A DNA stretch of 64,000 nt from a virus, in the IMG/VR virus record IMGVR_UViG_3300042465_006773. One strand, 5' to 3'. Numbering within the stretch: position 1 is the first letter of the stretch; each line of letters begins with the position of its first letter. The position numbers and the translations under genes were made by a program. The notes under the pieces are model-generated. The model did not search any database, was not told where the DNA came from, and was given only the letters and a program-made list of their open reading frames with translations. Positions 7,012 to 15,265 of this stretch are shown in pieces.

Positions 7012-8756
7012 GATTCTTTGGGTTCTTGTATGTATTATTTTTATTACCAATATTTGTTTTTTCTCAAAACATAAGCGCACCATCATCCACCAATTTTTCT
7101 CAAAATTTATCTAATCAAAATGCGAGTGGATTTTCAATATCAAATTTTAACACAAGCGCAACTTTACTTATTACAATTGGTTTAGTAAATCCACCGGCCG
7201 GTACTACTCTTTCGTTAATAACAACAACAGGATTATCTTTAAGTACAGGTTATTCTTCTTGGTCAAATTTTACAAGAATTAGTTTTACGGGTATTCAATC
7301 AAATATTAACAACGCTTTAAGTTCGTTAAAATTAAACACAGGTTCTTTACCGGGTAATGTTTACATCGCGGTAACCGCAACCGTAAATCCAACGGGATAT
7401 TATTATTTACCAACAAACGGACACTTTTATAGACCGATGTCTTGGCCAGCGGGTAATTCAGGAACAAGTAATTCGATATATGAAAATATAAAAACATTAT
7501 CAACACAACAAACATTTAAAGGACAAACCGGGTATTTGTTAACGATTACATCTCAAGATGAACAAAATTTTGTTCAGTCAAACGTACCGGGTAATAATAT
7601 TTTATTTTCATTAACAGACGTTGGTCAAGAAGGTGTTTGGAGAATAGATGCCGGACCTGAAAATGGTACAATAATAAAAACATCAAATTCGGGCGGAAAC
7701 GTTGCGGGTAGATATAACAATTGGTGTGGTGGTGAACCAAACAATTGGGGTAGTGGTGAAAACTATGCAGTTACTAAATGGGGTGGTGGTAATTGTTGGA
7801 ACGATTTTGGTCCACCTGCATCATCTTTTCCTGGTTCAATAAGTGGTTATGTTGTTGAATTTGGAACGTGGTCAGACCCCGCAAATCAAAATTTCACAGA
7901 TTTTTTTACAGGATTTGTTACACATCAAATTACTTGTACACCATCACAAGAACCACCAAAACCCATTGCAGTAAACGGTAGTAGAACGGGTAGTGGTACT
8001 GTGACAATATCAGCAACAGTTGGTCCCGGTCAAACTGTTGATTGGTATAATAATTTAACAGGGGGTAACCCAATATTAGTTGGTAATACCACTTTTACGA
8101 CACCAGTTATTTCTCAAACAACAAAATATTATGCTCAGTCAAGAAATACGTCAACGGGTTGTGTTAGTTCAACAAGAACAGAAGTCACGGCAACAGTTTC
8201 AATTTCAGAAACAATAAGTGGGACAATAACTATTCCTAATAATATAACAAATAGACCACAATTAAAATTTTATCTTGTTGAGAATAATTTAGAAACATTA
8301 ATACAGACCATAAACGTTAATTCAAATGGTTCATATACTTTGAACCCAACAAAACACAATTCAACATACAAAATAGTTCCAACGTTTTTTGATTCATTAA
8401 CAAATAACGATTTTAATTTATTATTTAACGAATCTAAAAATGAAAATACACCAAATCAATTACCCATTGGTTTGGTTTTAAATAATGGAAAAAAAATGAT
8501 TTCGGGTGATATTAATAATGATGGAAAAATAACAATTGTCGATGCCTATCTATTGGCATCAAGAATATCGGGAATGATTTATTTTAACGAAACGGTATGG
8601 TATTACGAAAATGATTATAATTTAATAGGTATTGGTAATTTTAATTCAATACCTAATTACCGACAATTTATTGTTAATTTTGGGACATCCAATATTATTT
8701 TAAATTTAAAATATATTGTTAAGGGAGACTGCGATTTGTCAATATCCTCTTATTGA
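7008..8756 (+). CDS. Secreted C-type-lectin-like / Ig-like / dockerin-like protein
   Basis: Signal peptide VFS|Q. CTL motifs GYLLTITSQDEQNFV, EGVW, YNNWCGGEPNN, ENYA, WND; Ig module TVDWY...TTFTTPVISQTTKYYAQ; dockerin loop GDINNDGKITIVDAYLL. Confidence 0.8.
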   Translation: MRFFGFLYVLFLLPIFVFSQNISAPSSTNFSQNLSNQNASGFSISNFNTSATLLITIGLVNPPAGTTLSLITTTGLSLSTGYSSWSNFTRISFTGIQSNINNALSSLKLNTGSLPGNVYIAVTATVNPTGYYYLPTNGHFYRPMSWPAGNSGTSNSIYENIKTLSTQQTFKGQTGYLLTITSQDEQNFVQSNVPGNNILFSLTDVGQEGVWRIDAGPENGTIIKTSNSGGNVAGRYNNWCGGEPNNWGSGENYAVTKWGGGNCWNDFGPPASSFPGSISGYVVEFGTWSDPANQNFTDFFTGFVTHQITCTPSQEPPKPIAVNGSRTGSGTVTISATVGPGQTVDWYNNLTGGNPILVGNTTFTTPVISQTTKYYAQSRNTSTGCVSSTRTEVTATVSISETISGTITIPNNITNRPQLKFYLVENNLETLIQTINVNSNGSYTLNPTKHNSTYKIVPTFFDSLTNNDFNLLFNESKNENTPNQLPIGLVLNNGKKMISGDINNDGKITIVDAYLLASRISGMIYFNETVWYYENDYNLIGIGNFNSIPNYRQFIVNFGTSNIILNLKYIVKGDCDLSISSY

Positions 8757-9088
8757 TGATTTGTATTAAGTTTATTATATAAAGTTAATATTTGTTCACA
8801 GTATTCATATTCTTCTTTATCTTCAAAGAAGGGTAAAATGTCTCTAATTAAAACAAAACACTCTTTTTTGTTGAATTTTAATTCAGTTTCCCATTGAAGT
8901 CCGTTAATTTTTGCGGATAATAATAATATGACGTTTTCTTTATCTTTTCTATTTATACTTTTAAAAGATAATACAACATTTTTATATATTTCTTCTTTGT
9001 TTTTTAAATAAAATTCAGGGAAGTCTTCATACGATTCGTCGATTTTTAGTTTCTTAATTATCGTGTCCTTTGGTTTGTCTTGATACAT
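8750..9088 (-). CDS. Hypothetical protein (probable ATG at 9088)
   Basis: ORF preceded by a TATATTTG promoter at 9107-9114; C-terminal EEYEYCEQI resembles a UVR-type helix. Confidence 0.6.
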   Translation of the reverse strand: MYQDKPKDTIIKKLKIDESYEDFPEFYLKNKEEIYKNVVLSFKSINRKDKENVILLLSAKINGLQWETELKFNKKECFVLIRDILPFFEDKEEYEYCEQILTLYNKLNTNHQ

Positions 9089-9152
9089 TGCACTATCTGT
9101 TTTAATCAAATATACGAATCATAAGACTCATATCAAAATTTTTTTATTAACA

Positions 9153-9611
9153 TTATTGGGTATGGTCTATTTTAACCCTAACACAAGATTGTTCTTGTCT
9201 TTCTCTCATTAAAAAATTATTGATATACCCCATAATGTTAGATGCCCCAACTGGGTTCGCTGAATGTGTATAAACCTGTGGAAAGTTAATCGGGGTATTC
9301 CTTTTCTCCATAGATGACATCTTTTCTCTATTTTGAGAAAAATTATCGTAGTAGTGATTTATTAACCATTTAGCACAATCATATCCTGTTTTTTCTTTAA
9401 TATTCTCATAATTTAATTGTCCGTTTGGGTAAACATTTGAATAGAATTCCTCCATCGCACTATCACCTAAATCATGGTCAAGAGATATTATGTCAATATT
9501 CTCTAATCCAATTTTTGTTACTGTTTTTACAAAATCATCGTAATTTCTTACAACAATCCAATCTGTATTAATTGGTGTACGGATATCGTCTAAATAAATT
9601 TTAACTTTCAT
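9153..9611 (-). CDS. Cyclic-phosphate-processing receiver-like (cREC) protein
   Basis: YLDDIR, WIVVRNY, ISLDHDLG, TGYDCAKWL and HSANPVG motifs; adjacent to an RNA ligase. Confidence 0.8.
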   Translation of the reverse strand: MKVKIYLDDIRTPINTDWIVVRNYDDFVKTVTKIGLENIDIISLDHDLGDSAMEEFYSNVYPNGQLNYENIKEKTGYDCAKWLINHYYDNFSQNREKMSSMEKRNTPINFPQVYTHSANPVGASNIMGYINNFLMRERQEQSCVRVKIDHTQ

Positions 9612-10668
9612 CTTTTTTAAATGGTTTAGAATATGTTGGTCGTATTAATTTCCAAATTTTGCTTGAGTAGTCTTTACCATCTAACATACTAAATAATAAA
9701 TATGGGTACTTATATTTTTTAGTATATTCAGCAAATACCGCTCTATTTTCACCGTTTGAACTTCTACTAATTACTTTGAAAATACACTTGTATTCTTTTT
9801 CTATTTTTTCGTATTGATTTAACAATTCGTTTTTAGTGTCTCTAACCCAATTATAAAATTCATCGGGTACTTTATCAAGAATTTCATCAAAAGAAATATT
9901 ATCTCTTAAAGATTCCCAAATATCGATATTTGAAACATTCGTTAAAATTCTATGTAAACGAACATACTCTTCAAACTTTATTTTCATTCTAAAATTTGAA
10001 GGATAAAATCGAATAACAAACCCCTCTCTATTTGGGGTATTTAGTTTTTTATATGTATCAAAAGTTTCTTTCCCAAAAGTTATCATGGTACTTTCCACAA
10101 TATCTTCTTCTTTAATTTCTGATGAATTAAAAATTGCTCGGGCAGTATACCAATTCAGTTCACCTTCAGGTGACGTTACCGATAAAAAAGTAACCTTATC
10201 GTGTTCGTAACTGACTACAATTCTATTCTCCGAATAGATTATTTCTAATAAATAAGTAAATCCCTTAACAAATTTTGATAAATCATATTTTGATTTAAGA
10301 ATATTAAAACCACGAATAGATTGTTCTGAGGTAAACGAACCTCTTGTCGCCATTATCCACTCATCATCATAATTAAATAAAATACCAAGAGACCCGTCCA
10401 TTTTTTCTTGAACATAAGCATATTCACTATTCCAAGGAATTAAATCTTTATGAATAACCTCTTCGTAATTAAAAAATTTACCAAACGGTTTGGCAACAAT
10501 ATCACCTTTTGAATTAGTAATGAGACCACGACACTGCATGGTGATATCATCCCAAAGAGATTCATACTGTACTTTGGGGGTATAGTTCCAAATGCACAAA
10601 TCTTTGGTAGGATGGATTTGTTTCATTAATAAACCATCTTCGTGGTATTTTTTAAGTGTTTCTATCAT
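9601..10668 (-). CDS. T4 Rnl1/RnlA-like RNA ligase
   Basis: CRGLI, KFFN, motif I EKMDGSLG, ATRGSF, LEII, EGFV, KIK. Confidence 0.9.
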   Translation of the reverse strand: MIETLKKYHEDGLLMKQIHPTKDLCIWNYTPKVQYESLWDDITMQCRGLITNSKGDIVAKPFGKFFNYEEVIHKDLIPWNSEYAYVQEKMDGSLGILFNYDDEWIMATRGSFTSEQSIRGFNILKSKYDLSKFVKGFTYLLEIIYSENRIVVSYEHDKVTFLSVTSPEGELNWYTARAIFNSSEIKEEDIVESTMITFGKETFDTYKKLNTPNREGFVIRFYPSNFRMKIKFEEYVRLHRILTNVSNIDIWESLRDNISFDEILDKVPDEFYNWVRDTKNELLNQYEKIEKEYKCIFKVISRSSNGENRAVFAEYTKKYKYPYLLFSMLDGKDYSSKIWKLIRPTYSKPFKKDES

Positions 10669-11048
10669 ATAGAAAATTCAAAACGTTTCTTCATTATTTC
10701 TAATCTATCTTCTGGTACTCCGTGTAAATTCAAACCTCCATGTCGATTTTCAACAATAATGGAATGTACCCTGTAACCAAATTGATTAGCCATTTCATAG
10801 TAAGAATCCATTTCCCATTTTTGAGTGAAAGTATTAGATACAATGATAAGTGGTTTTTCCAACAACATCCAATCCGAAACTTGATTCCTACACCATTCGT
10901 GTGCTATTTTTAATTTTGACCCGTCAAAGTGATATTCACCGTCTTTCATAAAGTACATATCCGCTTCGATATGTTCACCATCTAAAAGTTTCGCTAACGT
11001 TGATTTACCTGACCCAGGTAATCCTCTTAAAAGTAACAGTTCTTTCAT
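10665..11048 (-). CDS. P-loop polynucleotide kinase-like (AAA_33) protein (probable ATG at 11048)
   Basis: LRGLPGSGKST, EADMYF, AHEWC, VSNTF, HGVP. Confidence 0.85.
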   Translation of the reverse strand: MKELLLLRGLPGSGKSTLAKLLDGEHIEADMYFMKDGEYHFDGSKLKIAHEWCRNQVSDWMLLEKPLIIVSNTFTQKWEMDSYYEMANQFGYRVHSIIVENRHGGLNLHGVPEDRLEIMKKRFEFSI

Positions 11049-11086
11049 TTTATTTGTTTTTACAAATATACGAAAAAAAAACCAAT

Positions 11087-11180
11087 AAAAAACCCCCAAC
11101 GGAGAGTTGGGGGTCATGGTCATTTTGTGGTTTCAACACCACTAACTAAAACGAGAGGAATCGGCAAAGATTTCCTATTT
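11087..11180 (-). ncRNA. Candidate structured small RNA ending in an intrinsic terminator
   Basis: TATTTATA at 11185-11192 (-), hairpins at 11156-11176 and 11121-11153, then terminator ACCCCCAAC-TCTCC-GTTGGGGGT-TTTT at 11087-11114. Confidence 0.45.
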
Positions 11181-11220
11181 GATATATAAATATATATACT
11201 TTTACAAAAAGTCAAGGTAT

Positions 11221-13239
11221 TTAGCTTCTTTTTTTAATTATTTTTATTTCACCGTCTTTAAACTTCAGTAAAATGTTTTGATTTTCAGACACCTCACCTC
11301 TTAGTATTTTTTCACTTAAAAAGTCCTCACACAAGTTTTGTATGATTCTCTTTACTGGTCTAGCCCCGAAATCTTCTTGGGTATTCAATTCAGAAATCCT
11401 ATCAACAATTGATGAATCAAATGAAACTTTATAATTTTTTAGTGTGAGTCTTTTTTTAAGTTTCTCTAATTCAAGTTCGATTATTTTGTGGATACTTTCT
11501 TTTACGAGAGGATTAAAACTAATGATATCATCCACCCGATTTAAAAATTCAGGATTAAAGTATTGCTTCAAAGATTTTTGAACAATTAATTTTTTTACTT
11601 CCTCATTTTGAGTATTACTAAAAGATGTTTCAAATCCGAGACCCTTACCAAAATCAGAAACTTTTTTTGCTCCAATGTTAGAGGTCATGATAATTATTGC
11701 ATTTGAAAAACTAACTTTCCTTCCAAAAGAATCTGTAAGGTGTCCTTCATCTAAAATTTGTAATAGTATATTGAACACGTCTTTATGGGCCTTTTCTATC
11801 TCATCAAATAAAACCACAGAAAAGGGGTTGTGTTTAATTTTTTCAGTCAACTGACCACCTTCATCATATCCAACATACCCAGGAGGTGCACCAATCAATT
11901 TTGCAACATTGTGTTTTTCCATGTATTCACTCATATCAACCCGAATAACTTTATTTGGGTCATTAAACAATATCTCTGCAATTGATTTTGCTAAGTAAGT
12001 TTTACCAACACCTGTTGACCCTAAAAAGATAAAGGAACCAATTGGTTTATTGGTGTCTTTAATTCCAACTCTGTTTCTTCGTATTGATTTTGATATAATT
12101 GAGATTGCCTCATCTTGACCAATAACTTTAGATTTCAATTTTTCTTCTAAATTTAAAAGATTGTCAGTTTCAACAACATCAACTTTAGATATAGGAACAC
12201 CGACAATTTGGGATACCATTTCATATACATCATCTATTGAAATTGGTATTTTACTATCTTTTTGTGTTTCCAACCATTTTTCTTTTTCTTCTTGTAGTTT
12301 TGATAAAACCTTTTTTTCTTCATCTCTTAACTTAGCCGCTTGTTCATATTGTTGATTTTTTACTACCTGAATCTTCCTCATTTTTATATCATCGGACTCT
12401 TTTTTAAGTTTTTCAATTACTTCAGGTATTTTAGAGTTTATTTTTTTATCGGAACCAAGTTCATCTAAAACATCAATTGCTTTGTCAGGAAATTGTCTAT
12501 CTGTTATGTACTTTGAAGACAAGGTAACGATTGTAGATAAAACATCATCACTATAATGAACTTTATGAAAATCTTGATATGAATTTCTAAGATTTTTTAA
12601 TATTTGAACTGTTTCATCGGCCGATGGTTCCTTTAAAACTATTTTTTGAAATCTTCGTACAAGTGCACCGTCTTTTTCAATGTTTTTTTTGTATTCATCA
12701 AAAGTGGTTGCACCAATACATTGAATCTCACCTCTAGCCAATGCGGGTTTTAATATATTGGCAACATCCATTGAACCACTTGCGTTACCGGCACCGACCA
12801 TCGTATGCATTTCATCAATAAACAATATTACATTTGGTTCATTTTGTAACTCATTTAAGATTGCTTTAATCCTTTCTTCAAACTGACCCCTGTACTTTGT
12901 TCCTGCAACCAAAGACGTTAAATCCAACGATAATAATTTTTTATCCAATAGATTACTTGGACAATCTCCATTGACTATTTGTAATGCTAATTTTTCAACC
13001 AACGCCGATTTACCAACACCAGCATCACCAACAATTATTGCATTATTTTTTTTCTTTCGGGCTAAAATTTGGGCAATTCTTTTGACTTCTTTTTCTCTAC
13101 CAACAACGGGGTCAATTTTACCTTCTTCCGCTAATTTATTTAAGTCCCTTGAAAAATTATCAAGAACCGGTGTAGTTGAACTTTTTTTTGTTTTTTTGGA
13201 ACTCGATGGGTTCCCATCTTCGAAAAAATCTACTGACAT
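11221..13239 (-). CDS. clpC: ClpC-like AAA+ chaperone lacking the N-terminal Clp domain
   Basis: Two AAA modules (GDAGVGKS/LFIDEMH; GSTGVGKT/LFDEIEKAH), KYRGQFEER, GYVG pore loop, UVR-like middle domain QQYEQAAKLRD and a GLGF ClpP-docking loop. Confidence 0.92.
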   Translation of the reverse strand: MSVDFFEDGNPSSSKKTKKSSTTPVLDNFSRDLNKLAEEGKIDPVVGREKEVKRIAQILARKKKNNAIIVGDAGVGKSALVEKLALQIVNGDCPSNLLDKKLLSLDLTSLVAGTKYRGQFEERIKAILNELQNEPNVILFIDEMHTMVGAGNASGSMDVANILKPALARGEIQCIGATTFDEYKKNIEKDGALVRRFQKIVLKEPSADETVQILKNLRNSYQDFHKVHYSDDVLSTIVTLSSKYITDRQFPDKAIDVLDELGSDKKINSKIPEVIEKLKKESDDIKMRKIQVVKNQQYEQAAKLRDEEKKVLSKLQEEKEKWLETQKDSKIPISIDDVYEMVSQIVGVPISKVDVVETDNLLNLEEKLKSKVIGQDEAISIISKSIRRNRVGIKDTNKPIGSFIFLGSTGVGKTYLAKSIAEILFNDPNKVIRVDMSEYMEKHNVAKLIGAPPGYVGYDEGGQLTEKIKHNPFSVVLFDEIEKAHKDVFNILLQILDEGHLTDSFGRKVSFSNAIIIMTSNIGAKKVSDFGKGLGFETSFSNTQNEEVKKLIVQKSLKQYFNPEFLNRVDDIISFNPLVKESIHKIIELELEKLKKRLTLKNYKVSFDSSIVDRISELNTQEDFGARPVKRIIQNLCEDFLSEKILRGEVSENQNILLKFKDGEIKIIKKRS

Positions 13240-13321
13240 ATTTTGTTTTTTATACAAATATAAGGGATTTCATGATAAAAAACAAATATATGACAAAATA
13301 ACCTAAAAAAGAAAAAAAGTA

Positions 13322-13361
13322 TGACAATATGTCAGTTTGTGTAATTTGGAATCTTTTTTGT
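13322..13361 (+). promoter_or_regulatory. TGACA-N3-TGTCA palindrome plus sigma54-like TGG-N10-GT element upstream of hsp20
   Basis: Palindrome at 13322-13334, another TGACA half-site near 13291, GG at 13348-13349 and GT at 13360-13361; ATG at 13391. Confidence 0.35.
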
Positions 13362-13390
13362 ATAAACATATTCAAATAAAAAAATATAAT

Positions 13391-13762
13391 ATGTTAACAC
13401 TTTACAGAGACCCATTCAAAGACGTATTAGATACGTTTTTTGAAAAACCATCTCTATTTAGGGATGGTCAGAGTAAAATCGTTACAAGAGATGATGAATA
13501 TCAAATCCACCTCTCTGTACCGGGATTGACAAAAAATGATTTGACAATTTCGGTAAAAGATGGTTTGATTTCCATTTCTTATAAAAAGGAAGAAACGGAT
13601 GACAAAAATTATTCGTTTGTCAATTCGTTTAAAAAAACTTATTTGATACCAGAAGATGTATCTGAAAAGGATATTTCGGGAAAGGTTGAGAATGGTATTT
13701 TACAAATAACTCTTCCGAAGAATAAGAAAAAATCATTGGAACGATTTATCTCTTTAAATTAA
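13391..13762 (+). CDS. Small heat-shock protein (Hsp20/alpha-crystallin)
   Basis: VPGLTKNDLTISV, FKKTYLIPEDV, GKVENGILQITLPK and a C-terminal ISL motif. Confidence 0.92.
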   Translation: MLTLYRDPFKDVLDTFFEKPSLFRDGQSKIVTRDDEYQIHLSVPGLTKNDLTISVKDGLISISYKKEETDDKNYSFVNSFKKTYLIPEDVSEKDISGKVENGILQITLPKNKKKSLERFISLN

Positions 13763-13766
13763 AACA

Positions 13767-13792
13767 AACCCCGAATCGATTCGGGGTTTTTT
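13767..13792 (+). terminator. Intrinsic terminator after hsp20
   Basis: AAACCCCGAAT-CG-ATTCGGGGTTT followed by a T-run. Confidence 0.85.
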
Positions 13793-13830
13793 ATTTGATA
13801 TTTATTATGTATATTACTAAACAAAAAAAA

Positions 13831-14178
13831 ATGAAAGTAATAATTGCTGGTGGTCGTGATTTTAACAATTACGAACTTTTAAAAGAAAGGTGTGATTATT
13901 TTTTACAAAATCAAACCGACATAGAAATTGTAAGTGGTAATGCTAACGGTGCAGATAAATTGGGTGAACAATATGCCATTGAAAAAAATTATTCATTAAA
14001 AATTTTTAAAGCGGAATGGGATAAATATGGTAAATCAGCGGGAATGATTAGAAATACGGAAATGTCAAATTACGGTGACACTTTGATTGCATTTTGGGAT
14101 GGAAAAAGTAAAGGAACGTCACACATGATAAATGAATCAAGAAAAAAAAATCTAAAAGTTAGAGTAATAAATTATTAA
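13831..14178 (+). CDS. SLOG-superfamily YspA/DUF2493 protein
   Basis: IIAGGRDF, IVSGNANGAD, AGMIRN, IAFWDGKSKGT. Confidence 0.88.
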   Translation: MKVIIAGGRDFNNYELLKERCDYFLQNQTDIEIVSGNANGADKLGEQYAIEKNYSLKIFKAEWDKYGKSAGMIRNTEMSNYGDTLIAFWDGKSKGTSHMINESRKKNLKVRVINY

Positions 14179-14179
14179 T

Positions 14180-14425
14180 ATGGGAATTACATCAGAAAAA
14201 ATCGAAGGAAATATTATTGAAGTTCAAATTTCTTCTTCAAACCTTAAAAGTGCCAAATATAATACCGAGGAAAAAAATCTTTTGGTTGAATTTAATAATG
14301 GCTCTATTTATGAATATGAGGACGTACCATGGGAAACTTTTGTAAAATTACGAATGGCAGAATCTCAAGGTAAATATTTTAATTCAAGTATATCAAAAAC
14401 ATATAAATACAAGAAAATAACATGA
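14180..14425 (+). CDS. KTSC domain protein
   Basis: SSNLKSAKYN...LLVEFNNGSIYEYEDVP...AESQGKYFN. Confidence 0.9.
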   Translation: MGITSEKIEGNIIEVQISSSNLKSAKYNTEEKNLLVEFNNGSIYEYEDVPWETFVKLRMAESQGKYFNSSISKTYKYKKIT

Positions 14426-15192
14426 GTTTGATTGATGAACTTTTTGAAAAATCCGATAAGAAAATCGTAAAATCATTTACGCCAAAGAGTTCGTTATGTA
14501 ATAAAATTTTTAATTTAGAGGGTGAACCGTCTTTAAAAGAAGAAGTAAGAAGTAAACTATTGGAAGTAACCAATGAATTTTTAGAATATTTAGGTATAGA
14601 ATTTTTTGTTTATGATGTTCATTTAACAGGTTCTTTGGCCAATTATAATTGGTCAACATATTCCGATTTAGATATACACATAATAGTCGATTTAGATGAA
14701 TTTAGTAATGGGAAGGAAAAAACAACAACTTATAATGAAATTGTTAGAGAGTTTTTTGAATTGAAAAAGAAATTATGGTCGACAACAAATGATATTAAAA
14801 TAAAGGGCCATGAAGTTGAGTTATATATCGAGGATATCGATGATAAAGGAGTTTCGACTGGTATATATTCCATTTTAAATAATGATTGGATTAGAAAGCC
14901 AGAAAAAAATGAAACAAATATAGATGAAAAAAAAATATTACAAAAAGGTGAAGAGTATGGGAAATTAATTGATGATATATTCAATCGTGCAAAAAATGGT
15001 GAAAATGTTGTAAAAGAGGTTGATGAGTTAAAAAACAAATTGAAAAGATTTAGACAGTCTGGTTTAGAAAGTGGTGGAGAGTATTCTTATGAAAATTTAA
15101 CATTTAAGTTATTAAGAAGAAACGGATTTATTGACAAACTTTTTAAAATAAAAACATACGTTAGAAGTAAAAAATTGTCTTTACCACAGTAA
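14422..15192 (+). CDS. Pol-beta superfamily nucleotidyltransferase
   Basis: LTGSLANYNWSTYSDLDIHI (GS...DxD) with a third acidic residue in EVELY. Confidence 0.8.
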   Translation: MSLIDELFEKSDKKIVKSFTPKSSLCNKIFNLEGEPSLKEEVRSKLLEVTNEFLEYLGIEFFVYDVHLTGSLANYNWSTYSDLDIHIIVDLDEFSNGKEKTTTYNEIVREFFELKKKLWSTTNDIKIKGHEVELYIEDIDDKGVSTGIYSILNNDWIRKPEKNETNIDEKKILQKGEEYGKLIDDIFNRAKNGENVVKEVDELKNKLKRFRQSGLESGGEYSYENLTFKLLRRNGFIDKLFKIKTYVRSKKLSLPQ

Positions 15193-15265
15193 ATAAAACA
15201 ATTTTTTTACTATATGTGTGTATTTATTAATAAACAAATAATAATATTTATTAATTTATAAAAAA

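Noticed and set aside
7008-8756. Diversity-generating retroelement target (C-type lectin fold)
   Set aside because: No reverse transcriptase and no template/variable repeat pair seen in the window.
1205-8756. Host chromosomal DNA flanking a prophage
   Set aside because: Phage-type genes lie on both sides, composition looks similar, and no integrase or att site is visible. Misassembly cannot be excluded without reads.
10665-11123. Longer track starts for several ORFs (11123, 13257, 13337, 18822, 41397, 41698, 42866)
   Set aside because: The extensions run through promoters, terminators or neighbouring genes; downstream ATGs fit the domain starts better.
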